DNA from: an uncultured Bacteroidales bacterium
Lineage (GTDB): Bacteria > Bacteroidota > Bacteroidia > Bacteroidales > UBA11471
Reading direction: 5' to 3'
NCBI GenBank assembly: GCA_947593515.1
Contig: CANQDQ010000004.1
Span: 71,254 to 135,253 of the forward strand
DNA: 64,000 nucleotides
The number at the start of each line of letters is the position of its first letter. Within the stretch, counting starts at the first letter, position 1. A model generated the notes under the pieces. That model ran no database searches. It was not told the DNA's origin and saw only the letters and a list, made by a program, of their open reading frames with translations. The position numbers and the translations under genes were made by a program. Below are positions 17,597 to 26,859 of this stretch, one piece after another.

Positions 17597-20500
17597 TTAT
17601 CGGACGATAATCATTTTTTTGCCGTTCACGATATACGCACCGTTCTGTAACGTTTTAAGGGCAGCGGCATCGTTCGTTTCGAGTATCAACACGCCTTGCA
17701 GGTTATACACCGTTATATGTTCGGCATCTTGCTGCGTCTCCGTTACTGCCGACGGGTCGTCCGGATTCTCCGGCTCATCGGGCTCTGCGGGCTCCGGCTC
17801 CGTTATCGTGAAGGTATAAACGAGCTCGGGGTTGCAGTGCCCCACAGTCGGGTCGTCGGCAAAGTCGGCATCGCCGAAGGTGCCTTCGGGTATCGTCAAC
17901 GTGTATTCACCGGCGGCTTTCAGCGTGTCGGCAAGGGTTATTTCGAGCGTATTTCCTTCGCCGGCGGAGAGGGTGGCGGTAAGCAGCGTGTCATTGCCGG
18001 CGAGCGTTATCGTTTGTGCTTCGGCGGCAAGAGCCGGTTTTTCGGTAAAGATAAGGGTAATGGTTTTCAGCGCCTCTACTTCGCTGTTGTCGGCGGGCGA
18101 TGTCGTTGCCGGCTTGAAGTCTTGCACTACCGGCTCTTTTATCGTGTAGGTATAAACGAGTTCGGGGTTGTAGCGTCCTGTCGTTTGGTCGTCGAAGTAG
18201 ATTTCATTACCGAATGCGCCTTCGGGTATCGTCAGCAGATAGTCGCCGGGTTCGGTTACGACGGTATCAGTCAACGATATCGTAAGCGTGCTGTCCGACG
18301 AGGAGACGATGCCGGCGGGGAAGAAAGCCGAGTTGTCGGCTTTCATCAGCGTAGCCGAGTCGCCGACAAGTACCGGTTTTTCATCGAACAGAAGCGTAAA
18401 CTCTGCAAGCTCCGTAACTTCCGCACCGTCGGCAGGCGTTACCCGCGTCGGGATAAAATATTTTCCGGTTGGCGGAACAAATTCCTCTATCGTCCCGAAT
18501 TTTTTCCACCCCGTAGCGGCTTTATAGGCATCTACCGAACCCACAGGTACATACAGTTTACAGGTTTCATAATCCACCCCATCGAAAACGGAAGTCCCGT
18601 TATAAACTATTTTTACCGGCGTCGGGTTATAAACGGTTACCGATTGCAAATTACTGCAACCGTAAAAAGCCTCGTTGCCGATAGTAGCAACACTCTCGGG
18701 TATCGTTATTGACGTCAAACCCTTACAACCGTAAAAAGCATCGTCGGGAATCCGTTTGACATTTTCCCCGATATGTATCGTCGTCAAGGAAGTACAACCC
18801 GAAAAAACAGAACTCATATAGGTGCAGGAATCGGCATTGAAATAAACATCCGTCAAACCCGTACAACCGGAAAAAGCCCTACTCGGAATAGATTTTACAT
18901 TTTCCCCGATATGTACTGTTGTCAAAGAGGTACATTCCTTAAAAACAGAACTCATATAGGTGCAGGAATCGGCATTGAAATAAACTTCCGTCAAACCCGT
19001 GCAATCGTAAAAAGCATAACCACCGATAGTGGCAACACTTTCGGGTATGGTTATCGACGTCAAGCCCGAACAACCGTAAAAAGCATAATCGCCGATTGTG
19101 GCAATACTTTCGGGTATTATTATAGATGTCAAGCCGCTGCAATCTTCAAAAGCACCGTCGCCGATAACTTTAATATCGGCGGATATGGTGTATTCGGTCA
19201 GAGCGTTCGGTGCAAAAGCCACTAACGTATCGTTTACAACAAGACAACGATGATCCGACGATGCCCATTTCCCTTCAAACTCCATCAAACCCGTGCAACC
19301 GGGAAAAGCATTGAAAGGAATATGTTTTACATTTTCCCCGATATGCACCGTTGTCAAAGAGGTACAATCATAAAAAGGAAATCTCATCTCGGTGCAGGAA
19401 TCGGCATTGAAATAAACATCCGTCAAGCCCGTACAACCGGAAAAAGCCCTACTCGGAATAGATTTTACATTTTCCCCGATATGTACTGTTGTCAAAGAGG
19501 TACATTCTTCAAAAACAGAATACATATAGGTGCAGGAATCGGCATTGAAATAAACCTCCGTCAAGCCCGTACAACCGGAAAAAGCATTGTAGCCGATAGA
19601 GGTAACACTATTAGGTATCGTAATCTCTTCTAAACCAACGCAATCTTCAAAAGCCCTGCCCGGAATAAATTTTACATTTTCCCCGATATGCACCGTTGTC
19701 AAGGAGGTACATTCCCCAAAAACAGAATACATATAGGTGCAGGAATCGGCATTGAAATAAACCTCCGTCAAGCCCGTACAACCGGAAAAAGCCCTACTCG
19801 GAATAGATTTTACATTTTCCCCGATATGTACTGTTGTCAAAGAGGTACATTCCTTAAAAACAGAACTCATATAGGTGCAGGAATCGGCATTGAAATAAAC
19901 ATCCGTCAAACCCGTACAACCTGAAAAAGCCCTACTCGGAATAGATTTTACATTCTCTCCAATATGTACCGTTGTTAAAAAGATACAACCCGAAAAAACA
20001 AAATTTATAGGGGAGGTGGTACAGGAATCGGCATTGAACCACACTTCTTCCAAGCCTCTACAATTGGAAAAAGCACGGTCGCCGATAGAGGTAACATTCT
20101 TGGGTATGGTCATCGAAGTCAAACCCGTACAACTGGAAAAAGCATAATCACCGATAGTCGTAACACTCTCGGGTATCGTTACCGATGTTATACCTTTGCA
20201 ACCGTAAAAAGCACGGTCGCCGATAGAGGTAACATTCTCAGGTATGATTATCGACGTCAAGCCGGTGCAACCGTAAAAAGCCTCGTTGCCGATAGAGGTA
20301 ACACTCTCGGGTATCGTTACCGATGTCAAGCCCGAGCAATTCCGAAAAGCATCGTCCGGAATCCGCTTTACATTCTCTCCGATATACACCGTGGTCAATG
20401 CCTTACAACCAGAGAAGCCTCCGCTTATACAGGAATCGGCATTGAAATAAACCTCTGTCAATCCCGTGCAACCGGAAAAAGCAGACCCGCCGATCGATGT

Positions 20501-23500
20501 AACATTCTTGGGTATGGTTATCGAAGTCAAGCCAATACAACCGGAAAAAGCACGGACGCCGATAGAGGTAACATTCTCAGGTATGATTATCGACGTCAAG
20601 CCGGTGCAACCGTAAAAAGCCTCGTTGCCGATAGAGGTAACACTCTCGGGTATCGTTACCGATGTCAAGCCCGAGCAATTCCGAAAAGCATCGTCCGGAA
20701 TCCGCTTTACATTCTCTCCGATATACACCGTGGTCAATGCCTTACAACCAGAGAAGCCTCCGCTTATACAGGAATCGGCATTGAAATAAATCTCCGTTAA
20801 GCCCGTACAATCGTCAAATGCTCCATAGTTAATAGTGGTAACACGCCTCCCTATCGTTACAGACTTCAAGCCACTGCAACCGTCAAAAGCATAACGACCG
20901 ATAGTGGTAACACTATCAGGTATCGTTATTGACGTCAAGCCTCTGCAACCGGAAAAGGCATAATCAGCAATAGAGGTGATATTCGGAGAAAATTCAATGG
21001 AACTCAAATCTTGTCGTCCCCTGAAAATCGAGGGAAAATGGCGTACATTTTTCCCAATATGAATACCGGAAATAGGTATTGTTGTATCGAAAACATAACT
21101 ATAATTGCTAAGATTACAAGAATCGGCATTGAAATAAACATCCGTTAAGCCTGTGCAACCTTCAAAAGCACTGTGGTCGATATAGGTAACACTCTCGGGT
21201 ATCGTTACCGACGTCAAGCCCGTACAATACTTAAAAGCACCGACACCGATAGAAGTAACACTTCCGGGTATCGTTACCGATGTCAAACTGCTGCAATCGT
21301 AAAAAGCCATTTCGCCAATAGTGGTAACGCTCTCAGATATCGTTATTGACGTCAAGCCCGTACAATACATAAAAGCACCGACACCGATAGAAGTAACACT
21401 GTTAGGAATCGTTACCGACGTCAAACCGCTGCAATAACCAAAAGCATAGTCACCGATATTGGTAAGCCCGTTCTGTATTATTACTTCCTTCAAGCCGCTG
21501 CAATTGTAAAAAGCCCTGTAGATAGAAGTAACGCCCTTGGGTATCGTTACCGACGTTAACCCCTTGCACTGAGCGAAAGCCTCTCCGCCAATGGTCGTAA
21601 CGGTCTCAGGTATCAATATAGACGTCAAGCCGCTACATTCGTAAAAAGCGCCGACTCCGATAGAGGTAACACTCTCGGGTATGGTTATCGACGTCAAACC
21701 CGTACAACCGGAAAAAGCCTCGTTGCCGATAGTGGTAACGCTCTCGGGTATCGTTACTGTCGTCAAGTTCCTGCAACTGGAAAAAGCATAGTCGGGAATA
21801 TGTTTTACATTTTCCCCGATGTGGAGGTTTTTTACGGCAGTATTGTAAAAAACATAGCCTCTAATAACGTCCGGCTCTCCCATCTGTCCCATCGGATATC
21901 TAACTTCAATTCCTCCCATATAGCCGCAGGAATCGGCATTGAAATAGACGTCCTGTAAAGCCGTGCAGTGGTCAAATGCATTGACGCCAATAGAAGTAAT
22001 ATTTTTGGGTATTGTAATCGACGTCAAGCCCGTACAACCGTAAAAAGCCGAATCGCCAATAGCGGTAACGCTTTCAGGTATCGTTACCGACGTCAAACTT
22101 GTCCATCCGGAAAATACAGAATTACCGATGGTCGTAAAGTTTTCAGGTATGACAAACTCTGTAAGCGGCTTATTATCCAAATAGAGTGTGGCTCCGTACA
22201 AAAGCGGATTCCCTTTGTTTCCAAATGAAATCCGAAGCCACGCTTCCATATTCGAAATATAGACGGATTTCACATGGCTTTCCTCAAAAGCATTATCACC
22301 TATGGTCGCAATACTCTCGGGTATCGTTATCGATGTTAAACTGCTGCAATACTGAAAAGTACCGACACCGATAGTGGTAACCCCATTGCCTATCGTTACC
22401 GACTTCAAAGCGTTGCAACAATAAAAAGTTGAGTCGCCTATCGAAGTAACACTCCCGGGTATCGTTACCGATGTTATACCTTTGCAACCGTAAAAAGCAT
22501 AATCGCTGATTGTTGTAACGCCACTCGGTATTTTCAGGTCGGTTTCCGGTTTGCCGTTCACATAAACGTTTTTGGCACTAGCTAACGGATTGGCGTCTTG
22601 CCATTCAAAAGAAATCCGGCACCATATTGCCAAATCCGGGATATACACATTTTCCAGATAACAAGACCAAAATGCTCCTCCACCGATAGTTTGAATGCCA
22701 TTACCTATCGTTACCGACTTCAAACCGCGGCAAAAACCAAAAGCACTGCGCCCGATAAAGGAAACGCTATTGGGTATCGTTATTGACGTCAAGCCACTGC
22801 AACCGTAAAAAGCAGAACTACCGATAGAAGTAACACTGTTAGGAATCGTTACCGACGTTAAATCGACGCAATCGTGAAAAGCGTTTTCGCCAATGACCTT
22901 AACGCCATTGGGTATTATTACCGATGTTATACCTTTGGAACCGTAAAAAGCATAACTTCCGATTGTGTCGATTCCTTCGGGAATCGACAATTCGCCGGAA
23001 AGCGGTTCTCCTTTTACATAAAGAGTACTGCCACCATATAGGGGGTTGGATCCTTGATCCACAAACAGAATTTGAAGCCATTTCGCTATATCATGAATAT
23101 GTACAGATTTCGAATTAGTATGAAAAAAAGCACAATCACCGATAGTCGTAACACTCTCGGGTATCGTTACCGACGTTAAACCGCGGCAATAATCAAAAGC
23201 ATGGTCACCGATAGTAGTAACACCGTCCGGTATTGTTAGCGATGTTAAGCTGCTGCAAGAGCGAAAAGCACCGGCTCCGATAGATGTAACACCCTGGGGT
23301 ATGGTTATCGACTTCAAACTGTTGCAACCTTCAAACAAACCGTCGCTGATGGTCGTAATACTCTCGGGTATCGTTACCAACGTCAAGTTACGGCAATCCC
23401 AAAAAGCATAGCGTCCGATAGAGGTAACGCTTTTGGGTATCGTTATTGATGTCAAGGCACTGCAACCGTCAAAAGCAAACTCACCGATAGTCGTAACACT

Positions 23501-24250
23501 CTCGGGTATCGTTACCGACTTCAAACCCGTGCAACCGGAAAAAGCGCTCTTGCAGATAGAGGTAACTTGTTTGCCAATGGTCAACGAAACAAGACCTGTT
23601 TTATTATAGAACGGGGAGGAAGAGATATTCCGTCCCAGATACACCGTATCCAACGGACAAAAGTCAAACATATATACTGTCTCGGGAAAGTTCAATGTTT
23701 CCGTGCCGTCCTCTATTCGGAAATTCTTTAAGTGCGAGCAATATTCAAAAGCTTGCCCTCCGATAGAGGTAACGCTTTTGGGTATCGTTATTGATGTCAA
23801 GGCACTGCAACCGTTAAAAGCAAACTCACCGATAGTCGTAACACTCTCGGGTATTGTTATTGATGTCAAACCCGTGCCGGCAAAAGTACTATTGCCGATA
23901 GTGGTAACGCTATTGGGTATCGTTATTGACGTCAAGCCACTGCAACCGTAAAAAGCATGACTACCGATAGAAGTAACACTGTTAGGAATCGTTACCGACG
24001 TCAAGCTGTCGCAACCAGCAAAAGCATCGAAGCCGATAGCGGTAACCATATATTCGGTTCCGTTATGCGTTACCGTTGCGGGAATGGTTACATCGCCCGA
24101 ATAATCAAGGGAATAAGATTTATACGTAACCTCAACCGTCTTGTTGTCTGACGAAAGAACGTTGTAATAGATACCATCTACCTCGAACGCCCACGCGGCG
24201 GGGGCAGACAGGCATACGGACAACAACATAAAAAACAGTGTGTGTTTCAT
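17597..24250 (-). CDS. Giant (2217 aa) BspA-type leucine-rich-repeat cell-surface protein with two Ig-like modules and a short T9SS-like C-terminal tail
   Basis: Signal peptide MKHTLFFMLLSVCLSAPAAWA, followed by dozens of LTSxTIPxSVTxIGxxAFxxCxx units. Residues about 1930-2150 form two about 105-aa modules ending GEYTLTIPEGTFG...CNPELVYTFTI, then a PE-rich linker. The tail is ITVYNLQGVLILETNDAAALKTLQNGAYIVNGKKMIIVR. Confidence 0.9.
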   Translation of the reverse strand: MKHTLFFMLLSVCLSAPAAWAFEVDGIYYNVLSSDNKTVEVTYKSYSLDYSGDVTIPATVTHNGTEYMVTAIGFDAFAGCDSLTSVTIPNSVTSIGSHAFYGCSGLTSITIPNSVTTIGNSTFAGTGLTSITIPESVTTIGEFAFNGCSALTSITIPKSVTSIGGQAFEYCSHLKNFRIEDGTETLNFPETVYMFDFCPLDTVYLGRNISSSPFYNKTGLVSLTIGKQVTSICKSAFSGCTGLKSVTIPESVTTIGEFAFDGCSALTSITIPKSVTSIGRYAFWDCRNLTLVTIPESITTISDGLFEGCNSLKSITIPQGVTSIGAGAFRSCSSLTSLTIPDGVTTIGDHAFDYCRGLTSVTIPESVTTIGDCAFFHTNSKSVHIHDIAKWLQILFVDQGSNPLYGGSTLYVKGEPLSGELSIPEGIDTIGSYAFYGSKGITSVIIPNGVKVIGENAFHDCVDLTSVTIPNSVTSIGSSAFYGCSGLTSITIPNSVSFIGRSAFGFCRGLKSVTIGNGIQTIGGGAFWSCYLENVYIPDLAIWCRISFEWQDANPLASAKNVYVNGKPETDLKIPSGVTTISDYAFYGCKGITSVTIPGSVTSIGDSTFYCCNALKSVTIGNGVTTIGVGTFQYCSSLTSITIPESIATIGDNAFEESHVKSVYISNMEAWLRISFGNKGNPLLYGATLYLDNKPLTEFVIPENFTTIGNSVFSGWTSLTSVTIPESVTAIGDSAFYGCTGLTSITIPKNITSIGVNAFDHCTALQDVYFNADSCGYMGGIEVRYPMGQMGEPDVIRGYVFYNTAVKNLHIGENVKHIPDYAFSSCRNLTTVTIPESVTTIGNEAFSGCTGLTSITIPESVTSIGVGAFYECSGLTSILIPETVTTIGGEAFAQCKGLTSVTIPKGVTSIYRAFYNCSGLKEVIIQNGLTNIGDYAFGYCSGLTSVTIPNSVTSIGVGAFMYCTGLTSITISESVTTIGEMAFYDCSSLTSVTIPGSVTSIGVGAFKYCTGLTSVTIPESVTYIDHSAFEGCTGLTDVYFNADSCNLSNYSYVFDTTIPISGIHIGKNVRHFPSIFRGRQDLSSIEFSPNITSIADYAFSGCRGLTSITIPDSVTTIGRYAFDGCSGLKSVTIGRRVTTINYGAFDDCTGLTEIYFNADSCISGGFSGCKALTTVYIGENVKRIPDDAFRNCSGLTSVTIPESVTSIGNEAFYGCTGLTSIIIPENVTSIGVRAFSGCIGLTSITIPKNVTSIGGSAFSGCTGLTEVYFNADSCISGGFSGCKALTTVYIGENVKRIPDDAFRNCSGLTSVTIPESVTSIGNEAFYGCTGLTSIIIPENVTSIGDRAFYGCKGITSVTIPESVTTIGDYAFSSCTGLTSMTIPKNVTSIGDRAFSNCRGLEEVWFNADSCTTSPINFVFSGCIFLTTVHIGENVKSIPSRAFSGCTGLTDVYFNADSCTYMSSVFKECTSLTTVHIGENVKSIPSRAFSGCTGLTEVYFNADSCTYMYSVFGECTSLTTVHIGENVKFIPGRAFEDCVGLEEITIPNSVTSIGYNAFSGCTGLTEVYFNADSCTYMYSVFEECTSLTTVHIGENVKSIPSRAFSGCTGLTDVYFNADSCTEMRFPFYDCTSLTTVHIGENVKHIPFNAFPGCTGLMEFEGKWASSDHRCLVVNDTLVAFAPNALTEYTISADIKVIGDGAFEDCSGLTSIIIPESIATIGDYAFYGCSGLTSITIPESVATIGGYAFYDCTGLTEVYFNADSCTYMSSVFKECTSLTTVHIGENVKSIPSRAFSGCTGLTDVYFNADSCTYMSSVFSGCTSLTTIHIGENVKRIPDDAFYGCKGLTSITIPESVATIGNEAFYGCSNLQSVTVYNPTPVKIVYNGTSVFDGVDYETCKLYVPVGSVDAYKAATGWKKFGTIEEFVPPTGKYFIPTRVTPADGAEVTELAEFTLLFDEKPVLVGDSATLMKADNSAFFPAGIVSSSDSTLTISLTDTVVTEPGDYLLTIPEGAFGNEIYFDDQTTGRYNPELVYTYTIKEPVVQDFKPATTSPADNSEVEALKTITLIFTEKPALAAEAQTITLAGNDTLLTATLSAGEGNTLEITLADTLKAAGEYTLTIPEGTFGDADFADDPTVGHCNPELVYTFTITEPEPAEPDEPENPDDPSAVTETQQDAEHITVYNLQGVLILETNDAAALKTLQNGAYIVNGKKMIIVR
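18770..19990. repeat. 138-bp (46-codon) direct repeat units inside the LRR gene
   Basis: The unit encodes FNADSCTYMSSVFKECTSLTTVHIGENVKSIPSRAFSGCTGLTDVY. A 128-bp stretch is identical at 18858-18985 and 19773-19900 (offset 915 bp), and a third close copy lies near 19430-19560. Confidence 0.85.
20206..20790. repeat. 339-bp-period tandem duplication inside the LRR gene
   Basis: 20221-20451 is identical base for base to 20560-20790 (231 bp, offset 339 bp = 113 codons). The protein repeats ENVKRIPDDAFRNCSGLTSVTIPESVTSIGNEAFYGCTGLTSIIIPENVTSIG exactly. Confidence 0.9.
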
Positions 24251-24284
24251 TTTGTCGTAATTTAATGGGTTAATAAATACGCTA

Positions 24285-24334
24285 CAAATGTAGTCTGGAA
24301 ATGCAAATTTTCAAAACTTTCCGTTAAAAATTTT
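24285..24334 (-). promoter_or_regulatory. Promoter of the giant LRR gene (-7 TAcaTTTG, -33 TTTG) with a conserved upstream extension
   Basis: Plus-strand caaatgta at 24285-24292 lies 35 nt from the ATG at 24250. Plus-strand caaa at 24312-24315 follows a 19-nt spacer. This is the same geometry as at 881-911. The string tcaaaactttccgttaaaaatttt (24311-24334) parallels 907-931. Confidence 0.55.
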
Positions 24335-24453
24335 CACTTACATTCAAAAAAAATCTTGGAAAAGCGGCAAGCGAAAAATCAAGATTTTTTCGGAACAGCA
24401 GAGAGAAAGGCATATAGGAAAAACAGAGTTAGGATTCGGACGTTTTTCCGGTA

Positions 24454-24492
24454 CAAAAAAATCCCCTCCCGACAAGAAGCGTCGGGAGGGGA
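24454..24492 (-). terminator. Rho-independent terminator after the DJ-1/PfpI gene
   Basis: 12-bp arms tcccctcccgac / gtcgggagggga. A plus-strand A8 run gives the minus-strand T-run. Confidence 0.8.
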
Positions 24493-24514
24493 TATGGTTT
24501 CCGCCGGTCGGCGG

Positions 24515-25063
24515 TCAGTCGAGCAGCATACCTTTGCGCACCGTGCGGGCGGCTTCGTCGCCGTATGTCAGGCGGATAATCGTCGAGGCGAACTCGGCAG
24601 CGGCGGCAGGGCCTTTGCCCGTAACCACAGAGCCGTCTATCTCGACCATGTTGCCGGTGGGCGTCGCACCCGTCATGTGTTTTTCGAAACCCGGATAGCA
24701 GGTAGCTTTGCGCCCTTTAAGAATGCCGCACGCACCGAGCACGTAAGGCGCGGCGCAGATGGCAGCCACCGGACGCTCTTGGGCGGCATGGGCTTTCAGC
24801 GCCTCGATGAGCGGCGCGCAGTTTGCCAGATTGTCGGCGCCGGGCAGACCGCCGGGCAGGATAAGCCACAACGCCTCGTCGAGCGGAGCTTCGGCAAGCG
24901 TAAGGTCGGCGGTAACGGGAATGCCGTGCGCACCGGTTACGCTCTTTTCGCCGGTAATGGCGACGGTGCGTATCTCCATGCCTGCGCGTCGCATCATATC
25001 GACGACGGTCAAGGCTTCAATTTCTTCAAATCCTTCTGCAAGGAACAAGTACGATATATTCAT
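24515..25063 (-). CDS. DJ-1/PfpI family protein
   Basis: MNISYLFLAEGFEEIEALTVVDMMRRAG and the nucleophile elbow AAICAAP. An alternative upstream ATG lies at 25087. Confidence 0.85.
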   Translation of the reverse strand: MNISYLFLAEGFEEIEALTVVDMMRRAGMEIRTVAITGEKSVTGAHGIPVTADLTLAEAPLDEALWLILPGGLPGADNLANCAPLIEALKAHAAQERPVAAICAAPYVLGACGILKGRKATCYPGFEKHMTGATPTGNMVEIDGSVVTGKGPAAAAEFASTIIRLTYGDEAARTVRKGMLLD

Positions 25064-25095
25064 AGCGATTTGTTTTGGGTGCAACATGAGGGTTA

Positions 25096-26610
25096 TTATT
25101 CCACAGCAATGCCGTCGATGACGAAATCGGCGATGCGGAAACGGAGGTTGTCGCTCTCAGCGACGCTCCACGGGTAGATGCGCACAGCCAGCCGTTCACC
25201 CGGCTTTACGGTGGTGTTGGTCGGCAGCGTGATGGTGCGGACGCCGCTTTCGGGGCGTTGGTTTTCGCCTAAAATGGTGCGGGGGTAGAAGTCGTTGCTT
25301 TTCGACAGGGCAGCCCGATAGGCTACGCCGCCGTCCAGCGTGAAAGTGATTTGACGGGCGAGGAATGTTTTTTTGTTTCCTTTGAATACGAACTCCACGT
25401 AACGGTCGCCCGCCTCGTCGATGTCGGCAGGCCATTTGCCGCCGGCGATGGCGATGCCGGTTTCGTTCTCGTCAAGTCCTTTCAGCGTATATTTCCCGAT
25501 TTCGGCTTTTTCGGGCGTTTCGAGCGTGATGACGCGGCTTTCGGCTACGACGGGAATTTCGCGTTTCACCTTTCCGCATGCGACGGTTACCGCATCGTTT
25601 ACCGTCCCTGCTTGTTCGGGGGTGAAGTAGAGGTAGCAGCATTGGTTCCACAGCTTGCCGTCGGTGTAGGCTAACGCCACCGATTCCTGCCGTTGGGCGT
25701 CGGGAGCGGAGGCGACGATCATGCCCTTCGGGGCGGTAACGACGATTTCACCTTCGCGTTCGGGCAGCGCCAGACCCGTCAGGTCGAAGCGCATACACGC
25801 CTCGTCGCCCACGTACATCTGTCCGAAGTTCAAGGTATCCGGATTGAGAACGATAGGCACGTCGGGGCGTACATATTCCGTCAAGATGCCCGCCTGTTGC
25901 AGTGCCTGCGCCACCATGCGGGCGTAGAGCGCCGCACCCGTAGCCTGCGTGTGCGTGCCGTCGGTGGGAGCGTAGATGAGGTCGGTCGTCTGTTGCTCGC
26001 CCAGCTCCTCGATAAAGGCTTTCGTGAGGGCGGTGTGGTCGATGAGGGGCACCTGCATTTCACGGGCGACCTGCTTCATTACATATACGTAGTCGAGCGT
26101 GGTGTCGCCCGCCGCGCCCAAGTTGTGGCACCCTTTCGGCGAAATCGTCCCGTCGGCGGTGTAGTAGCGCCGCACGATAGGAGTGATGAGTATCGGGGTG
26201 GCGCCGAGAGCGCGGGTTTCGTTCACGTAGGTTTCGAGGTTGGCTTTGTAGTGCCCCCACGGGTCGGTGCCGCGACCGTCGTCGCTGTATGTGCCGTTGC
26301 CCTTCTCGTCGTTGTGGGCGAACTGTATCAGCACGTAGTCGCCCGGTTGTACGGCGGCTTTCACTTTATCCCATAGTCCCTCGCTCATGAAAGAGCGGGT
26401 GCTGCGACCGTTGCGCGCGTAGTTTATCACTATGGCGTCGTCGGTGAAAAACTCTTGGAACATTTCTCCCCAGCCGCGTGCGCGGGTGGTATTCTCGGCA
26501 TAGTCTGCCATGGTGGAGTCGCCTATCGTGTGTATGCGAACCTCTTTTCGGGAACACGCCGACAGTACGCAGCAAGCCGCTGCCAGCGCAAGAAAGAATT
26601 TTGTTTTCAT
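25096..26610 (-). CDS. Rhamnogalacturonan acetylesterase-like SGNH hydrolase (CE12) with a C-terminal beta-sandwich extension
   Basis: Lipoprotein-like signal peptide ...LSACS. SGNH block I HTIGDSTMADY, GWGEMF, ARNGRSTRSF, and a later DGTH block. Confidence 0.8.
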   Translation of the reverse strand: MKTKFFLALAAACCVLSACSRKEVRIHTIGDSTMADYAENTTRARGWGEMFQEFFTDDAIVINYARNGRSTRSFMSEGLWDKVKAAVQPGDYVLIQFAHNDEKGNGTYSDDGRGTDPWGHYKANLETYVNETRALGATPILITPIVRRYYTADGTISPKGCHNLGAAGDTTLDYVYVMKQVAREMQVPLIDHTALTKAFIEELGEQQTTDLIYAPTDGTHTQATGAALYARMVAQALQQAGILTEYVRPDVPIVLNPDTLNFGQMYVGDEACMRFDLTGLALPEREGEIVVTAPKGMIVASAPDAQRQESVALAYTDGKLWNQCCYLYFTPEQAGTVNDAVTVACGKVKREIPVVAESRVITLETPEKAEIGKYTLKGLDENETGIAIAGGKWPADIDEAGDRYVEFVFKGNKKTFLARQITFTLDGGVAYRAALSKSNDFYPRTILGENQRPESGVRTITLPTNTTVKPGERLAVRIYPWSVAESDNLRFRIADFVIDGIAVE

Positions 26611-26795
26611 TTTTTATTCTCTATAAATAAGGGAACAAATATAGAAAAATTATTAAAAACAACAGTAATTTGTTTCGGAAATTTTCTGCCGCATAAAATC
26701 GGTAAAAACGCTTTCGTTCAATTTTGCGGAATGGAACATAGCGGCGGGGGTGAAATAAAATTTTTCCCGAAGCACGCCCGTATGCAAGAAATTGT

Positions 26796-26803
26796 TACTT
26801 TTG
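26796..26803 (+). promoter_or_regulatory. -7 box TActTTTG for queDE
   Basis: Exact TAnnTTTG match 57 nt upstream of the ATG at 26860. Confidence 0.5.
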
Positions 26804-26859
26804 TGTGCCTGTTTGTTACGCGGGAGTTTCCGGTAACGAAAGCACAAAAACGAATACCG

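Noticed and set aside
17597-24250. Possibility that the highly periodic repeats represent a CRISPR array or non-coding satellite
   Set aside because: The repeats are in frame within one uninterrupted 2217-codon ORF and encode LRR units. There are no unique spacers of CRISPR type and no cas genes.
26804-26859. queD 5' leader hairpin (GTTAC...GTAAC) followed by an A-rich tract (GAAAGCACAAAAACG) as a possible preQ1-I riboswitch
   Set aside because: The location upstream of queDE is suggestive. I cannot match the conserved loop nucleotides or the pseudoknot pairing of known preQ1-I aptamers by eye, and that class is not one I can place confidently in Bacteroidota. It needs an Infernal scan (RF00522 and related models) before any claim.
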